From the NCBI GenBank assembly GCA_964016885.1, contig OZ024742.1:342922001-342986000 (forward strand): a DNA stretch of 64,000 nucleotides, read 5' to 3'. Shown in pieces: positions 57,841-64,000 of this stretch. Each line of letters opens with the position of its first letter. Position 1 is the stretch's first letter. The position numbers were made by a program, and so were the translations under genes. The stretch comes from Eledone cirrhosa (Eukaryota). The notes under the pieces are model-generated. The model did no database searches, was not told the origin of the DNA, and saw nothing but the letters and a program-made list of their open reading frames with translations.

Positions 57841-60800
57841 ATGAAGTATGTGATCTCCAGTGGTATGAAGTATGTGATCTCCAGTGGTATGAAGTATGTG
57901 ATCTACAGTGGTATGAAGTATGTGATATCCTGTGGTATGAAGTATGTGATCTCCAGTGGTATGAAGTATGTCAGCTCCAGTGGTATGAAGTATGTGATCT
58001 CCAGTGGTATGAAGTAAGCGATCTACAGTGGTATGAAGTATGTGATCTCCTGTGGTATGAAGTATGTTAGCTCCTGTGGTATGAAGTATGTGATCTCCAG
58101 TGGTATGAAGTATGTGATCTCCAGTGGTATGAAGTATGTGAACTCCAGTGGTATGAAGTATGTAATCTCCAGTGGTATGAAGTATGTGATTGTGGTATGA
58201 AGTATGTGATCTCCAGTAGTATGAAGTATTTCAGCTCCAGTGGTATGAAGTATGTCAGCTCCAGTGGTATGAAGTATGTGATCTACAGTGGTATGAAGTA
58301 TGTGATCTACAGTGGTATGAAGTATATGATATCCTGTGATATGAAGTATGTGATATCCTGTGGTATGAAGTATGTGATATCCTGTGGTATGAAGTATGTG
58401 ATCTCCAGTGGTATGAAGTATGTCAGCTCCAGTGGTATGAAGTATGTGATCTCCAGTAGTATGAAGTATGTCAGCTCCAGTGGTATGAAGTATGTGATCT
58501 CCAGTGGTATGAAGTATGTCAACTCCAGTGGTATGAAGTACGTGATCTCCAGTGGTATGAAGTATGTGATCTCCAGTGGTATGAAGTATGTCAGCTCTAG
58601 TGGTATGAAGTATGTGATATCCTGTGGTATGAAGTATGTGATCTACAGTGGTATGATGTATGTGATCTACAGTGGTATGAAGTATGTGATCTCCAGTGGT
58701 ATGAAGTATGTGATCTCCAGTGGTATGAAGTATGTGATCTACAGTGGTATGAAGTATGTGATCTCCTGTGGTATGAAGTATGTGATCTCCAGTGGTATGA
58801 AGTATGTGATCTCCAGTGGTATGAAGTATGTGATCTCCAGTGGTATGAAGTATGTGATCTACAGTGGTATGAAGTATGTGATCTCCAGTGGTATGAAGTA
58901 TGTGATATCCTGTGGTATGAAGTATGTGATCTATAGTGGTATGAAGTATGTGATCTCCAGTGGTATGAAGTATGTGATCTCCAGTGGTATGAAGTATGTG
59001 ATCTCCAGTGGTATGAGGTATGTCAGCTCCAGTGGGATGAAGTATGGGATATCCTGTGGTATGAAGTATGTGATCTACAGTGGTATGAAGTATGTGATCT
59101 CCAGTTGTATGAAGTATGTGATCTACAGTGGTATGAAGTATGTCAGCTCCAGTGGTATTAAGCATGTGATCTCCAGTGGTATGAAGTATGTGATCTCCAG
59201 TGGTATGAAGTATGTCAGCTCCAGTGGTATGAAGTATGTGATCTCCAGTGGTATGAAGTATGTGATCTCCAGTGGTATGAAGTATGTCAGCTCCAGTGGT
59301 ATGAAGTATGTGATCTCCAGTGGTATGAAGTATGTCAGCTCCAGTGTTATGAAGTATGTGATCTCCAGTGGTATGAAGTAAGTGATCTCCTGTGGTATGA
59401 AGTATGTGATCTCCAGTGGTATGAAGTATGTGATCTCCAGTGGTATGAAGTATGTGATCTACAGTGGTATGAAGTATGTGATATCCTTTGGTATGAAGTA
59501 TGTGATCTACAGTGGTATGAAGTATGTGATCTCCAGTGGTATGAAGTATGTGATCTACAGTGGTATGAAGTATGTAATCTCCAGTGGTATGAAGTATGTG
59601 ATAACCTGTGGTATGAAGTATGTGATATCCTGTGGTATGAAGTATGTGATCTACAGTGGTATGAAGTATGTGATCTCCAGTGGTATGAAGTATGTGATCT
59701 ACAGTGGTATGAAGTATGTGATATCCTGTGGTATGAAGTATGTGATCTACAGTGGTATGAAGTATGTGATCTCCAGTGGTATGAAGTATGTGATATCCTG
59801 TGGTATGAAGTATGTGATATCCAGTGGTATGAAGTATGTGATCTACAGTGGTATGAAGTATGTGATCTACAGTGGTATGAAGTATGTGATCTCCAGTGGT
59901 ATGAAGTATGTGATCTCCAGTGGTATGAAGTATGTGATCTACAGTGGTATGAAGTATGTGATCTCCAGTGGTATGAAGTATGTGATCTCCTGTGGTATGA
60001 AATATGTCAGCTCCAGTGGTATGAAGTATGTGATCTCCAGTGGTATGAAGTATGTGATCTCCAGTGGTATGAAATATGTGATCTACAGTGGTATGAAGTA
60101 TGTGATCTCCAGTGGTATGAAGTATGTGATCTCCAGTGGTATGAAGTATGTGATCTCCAGTGGTATGAAGTATGTGATCTCCAGTGGTATGAAGTATGTG
60201 ATATCCTGTGGTATGAAGTATGTGATCTCCAGTGGTATGATGTATGTCAGCTCCAGTGGTATGAAGTATTTGATCTCCAGTGGTATGAAATATGTGATCT
60301 ACAGTGGTATGAAGTATGTTAGCTCCAGTGGTATGAAGTATGTGATCTACAGTGGTATGAAGTATGTCAGCTCCAGTGGTATGAAGTATGTGATCTCCAG
60401 TGGTATGAAGTATGTGATCTCCTGTGGTATGAAGTATGTGATCTACAGTGGTATGAAGTATGTGATCTACAGTGGTATGAAGTATGTGATCTACAGTGGT
60501 ATGAAGTATGTGATCTACAGTGGTATGAAGTATGTGATCTACAGTGGTATGAAGTATGTGATCTCCAGTGGTATGAAGTATGTCAGCTCCAGTGGTATGA
60601 AGTATGTGATCTACAGTGGTATGAAGTATGTGATCTCCAGTGGTATGAAGTATGTGATCTCCAGTGGTATGAAGTATGTGATCTCCAGTGGTATGAAGTA
60701 TGTGATCTCCATTGGTATGAAGTATGTGATCTACAGTGGTATGAAGTATGTCAGCTCCAGTGGTATGAAGTATGTGATCTACAGTGGTATGAAGTATGTG

Positions 60801-63800
60801 ATCTACAGTGGTATGAAGTATGTGATCTACAGTGGTATGAAGTATGTCAGCTCCAGTGGTATGAAGTATATGATCTACAGTGGTATGAAGTATGTGATCT
60901 GCAGTGGTATGAAGTATGTGATCTACAGTGGTATGAAGTATGTCAGCTCCAGTGGTATGAAGTATGTGATCTACAGTGGTATGAAGTATGTAATCTACAG
61001 TGGTATGAAGTATGTGATCTCCAGTGGTATGAAGTATGTGATCTCCTGTCGTATGAAATATATCAGCTCCAGTGGTATGAAGTATGTGATCTCCAGTGGT
61101 ATGAAGTATGTGATCTCCAGTGGTATGAAATTTGTGATCTACAGTGGTATGAAGTATGTGATCTCCAGTGGTATGAAGTATGTGATCTCCAGTGATATGA
61201 AATATGTGATCTCCAGTGGTATGAAGTATGTGATCTCCAGTGGTATGAAGTATGTCATATCCTGTGGTATGAAGTATGTGATCTACAGTGGTATGAAGTA
61301 TGTGATCTCCAGTGGTATGAAGTATGTGATATCCTGTGGTATGAAGTATGTGATATCCTGTGGTATGAAGTATGTGATATCCTGTGGTATGAAGTATGTG
61401 ATCTACAGTGGTATGATGTATGTCATCTCCAGTGGTATGAAGTATGTGATCTCCAGTGGTATGAAGTATGTGATCTACAGTGGTATGAAGTATGTAATCT
61501 CCAGTGGTATGATGTATGTGATCTCCAGTGGTATGAAGTATGTGATCTCCAGTGGTATGAAGTATGTGATCTCCAGTGGTACGAAGTATGTGAACTCCAG
61601 TGGTATGAAGTATGTAATCTCCAGTGGTATGAAGTATGTGATTGTGGGATGAAGTATGTGATCTCCAGTAGTATGAAGTATTTCAGCTCCAGTGGTATGA
61701 AGTATGTCAGCTCCAGTGGTATGAAGTATGTGATATCCTGTGGTATGAATATGTGATCTCCAGTGGTATGAAGTATGTGATCTCCAGTGGTATGAAGTAT
61801 GTGATCTCCAGTGGTATGAAGTATGTGATCTCCAGTGGTATGAAGTATGTGATCTCCAGTGGTATGAAGTATATGATATCCAGTGGTATGAAGTATGTGA
61901 TCTACAGTGGTATGAAGTATGTGATCTCCAGTGGTATGAAGTATGTGATATCCAGTGGTATGAAGTATGTGATCTACAGTGGTATGAATATGTCAGCTCC
62001 AGTGGTATGAAGTATGTGATCTCCTGTGGTATGAAGTATGTGATCTACAGTGGTATGAAGTATGTGATCTCCAGTGGTCTGAAGTATGTGATCTACAGTG
62101 GTATGAAGTATGTGATATCCTGTGGTATGAAGTATGTGATCTCCAGTGGTATGAAGTATGTCAGCTCCAGTGGTATGAAGTATGTGATCTCCTGTGGTAT
62201 GAAGTATGTGATCTACAGTGGTATGAAGTATGTGATCTCCAGTGGTATGAAGTATGTGATCTACAGTGGTATGAAGTATGTGATATCCTGTGGTATGAAG
62301 TATGTGATCTCCAGTGGTATGAAGTATGTCAGCTCCAGTGGTATGAAGTATGTGATCTCCAGTGGTATGAAGTAAGCGATCTACAGTGGTATGAAGTATG
62401 TGATCTCCTGTGGTATGAAGTATGTTAGCTCCTGTGGTATGAAGTATGTGATCTCCAGTGGTATGAAGTATGTGATCTCCAGTGGTATGAAGTATGTGAA
62501 CTCCAGTGGTATGAAGTATGTAATCACCAGTGGTATGAAGTATGTGATTGTGGTATGAAGTATGTGATCTCCAGTAGTATGAAGTATTTCAGCTCCAGTG
62601 GTATGAAGTATGTCAGCTCCAGTGGTATGAAGTATGTGATCTACAGTGGTATGAAGTATGTGATCTACAGTGGTATGAAGTATATGATATCCTGTGATAT
62701 GAAGTATGTGATATCCTGTGGTATGAAGTATGTGATATCCTGTGGTATGAAGTATGTGATCTCCAGTAGTATGAAGTATGTCAGCTCCAGTGGTATGAAG
62801 TATGTGATCTCCAGTAGTATGAAGTATGTCAGCTCCAGTGGTATGAATTATGTGATCTCCAGTGGTATAAAGTATGTCAACTCCAGTGGTATGAAGTTTG
62901 TGATCTCCAGTGGTATGAAGTATGTGATCTCCAGTGGTATGAAGTATGTCAGCTCTAGTGGTATGAAGTATGTGATATCCTGTGGTATGAAGTATGTGAT
63001 CTACAGTGGTATGATGTATGTGATCTACAGTGGTATGAAGTATGTCATATCCTGTGGTATGAAGTATGTGATCTACAGTGGTATGAAGTATGTGATCTCC
63101 AGTGGTATGAAGTATGTGATATCCTGTGGTATGAAGTATGTGATCTATAGTGGTATGAAGTATGTGATCTCCAGTGGTATGAAGTATGTGATCTCCAGTG
63201 GTATGAAGTATGTGATCTCCAGTGGTATGAGGTATGTCAGCTCCAGTGGGATGAAGTATGGGATATCCTGTGGTATGAAGTATGTGATCTACAGTGGTAT
63301 GAAGTATGTGATCTCCAGTTGTATGAAGTATGTGATCTACAGTGGTATGAAGTATGTCAGCTCCAGTGGTATTAAGTATGTGATCTCCAGTGGTATGAAG
63401 TATGTGATCTCCAGTGGTATGAAGTATGTCAGCTCCAGTGGTATGAAGTATGTGATCTCCAGTGGTATGAAGTATGTGATCTCCAGTGGTATGAAGTATG
63501 TCAGCTCCAGTGGTATGAAGTATGTGATCTCCAGTGGTATGAAGTATGTCAGCTCCAGTGTTATGAAGTATGTGATCTCCAGTGGTATGAAGTATGTGAT
63601 CTCCTGTGGTATGAAGTATGTGATCTCCAGTGGTATGAAGTATGTGATCTCCAGTGGTATGAAGTATGTGATCTACAGTGGTATGAAGTATGTGATATCC
63701 TGTGGTATGAAGTATGTGATCTACAGTGGTATGAAGTATGTGATCTCCAGTGGTATGAAGTATGTGATCTACAGTGGTATGAAGTATGTAATCTCCAGTG

Positions 63801-64000
63801 GTATGAAGTATGTGATAACCTGTGGTATGAAGTATGTGATATCCTGTGGTATGAAGTATGTGATCTACAGTGGTATGAAGTATGTGATCTCCAGTGGTAT
63901 GAAGTATGTGATCTACAGTGGTATGAAGTATGTGATATCCTGTGGTATGAAGTATGTGATCTACAGTGGTATGAAGTATGTGATCTCCAGTGGTATGAAG
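57750..64000. repeat. About 4.2-4.36-kb duplication, second copy running off the window end
   Basis: AAGTAAGCG with TAA at 58015/62373 (4358); 20-bp monomers at 58177/62535 (4358). The cluster ATGAGGTATG...AGTGGGATGAAGTATGGGAT at 59013/63227 and ATAACC at 59601/63815 (4214). Confidence 0.87.

Larger units (their letters stand above)
1..64000. repeat. 24-bp tandem satellite array, consensus ATGAAGTATGTGATCTMCAGTGGT, about 2670 copies, single orientation, open at both window edges
   Basis: GTGGTATGAAGTATGT recurs every 24 bp throughout. Phase check: first ATG at 17, last at 63995 (63978 bp); adding back the 126 bp of deletions I catalogued gives 64104 = 2671 x 24 exactly. Main 8-bp variants: GATCTACA, GATCTCCA, CAGCTCCA, GATATCCT, GATCTCCT, GATATCCA. 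Confidence 0.99.

Noticed and set aside
17-62375. Dozens of long ORFs encoding (MKYVIxSG)n and alternative-frame repeats
   Set aside because: They follow from a 24-bp stop-free unit. There is no unique N- or C-terminus or domain, common variants are mostly non-synonymous, and TAA/TAG stops and frameshifts are copied with the HOR, so there is no sign of coding constraint.
1-64000. CRISPR-like constant repeat plus variable spacer
   Set aside because: The 'spacers' are only 8 bp, drawn from about six related words reused hundreds of times. No unique spacers, leader or cas genes.
1-64000. Telomerase-made long telomeric repeat (budding-yeast type, G-rich strand, similar unit length)
   Set aside because: Unit length and G skew are superficially similar, but over 64 kb with kilobase-scale HORs and inherited variants indicates recombinational amplification, not templated synthesis. 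I do not recognise it as a known telomere motif.
1-64000. Dense GATC sites as Dam-methylation or replication-origin iteron array
   Set aside because: GATC is simply part of the monomer; no rep gene, DnaA boxes or any prokaryotic context.
1-64000. Synthetic or data-encoding DNA, or pure sequencing artefact
   Set aside because: Nested duplications with shared private mutations and sporadic singletons match natural satellite evolution. Individual duplications still need read-level validation.
1-64000. Embedded transposon, inversion or unique island
   Set aside because: None seen; the 24-bp phase is fully accounted for by the catalogued deletions and all monomers are in the same orientation.
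1-64000. Definite centromere assignment
   Set aside because: HOR and layering are suggestive only; function and location need CENP-A/CENH3 data or FISH.

Overview
The whole 64 kb window is one uninterrupted, head-to-tail 24-bp satellite array, consensus ATGAAGTATGTGATCTMCAGTGGT (about 38-42% GC, G-rich/C-poor on +, no CpG in the consensus). By my hand count there are 2671 monomers between positions 17 and 63994, of which 60 are shortened by deletions. The array runs off both edges. I found no unique sequence, gene, RNA gene, transposon, inversion or CRISPR array. The ORF track is an artefact of a 24-bp unit that lacks stop codons in most frames. The real information is in the order of monomer variants: a 16-bp near-constant core plus an 8-bp variable cassette, an irregular higher-order repeat of about 120 monomers (2874 bp), nested tandem duplications from 0.65 to about 10 kb, and a layered domain structure in which the two window ends resemble each other more than the middle. 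This looks like eukaryotic heterochromatic satellite DNA (inference; organism and chromosomal location cannot be read from the sequence). I cannot support a novel protein-coding system here. All coordinates were read by eye and block boundaries are approximate.
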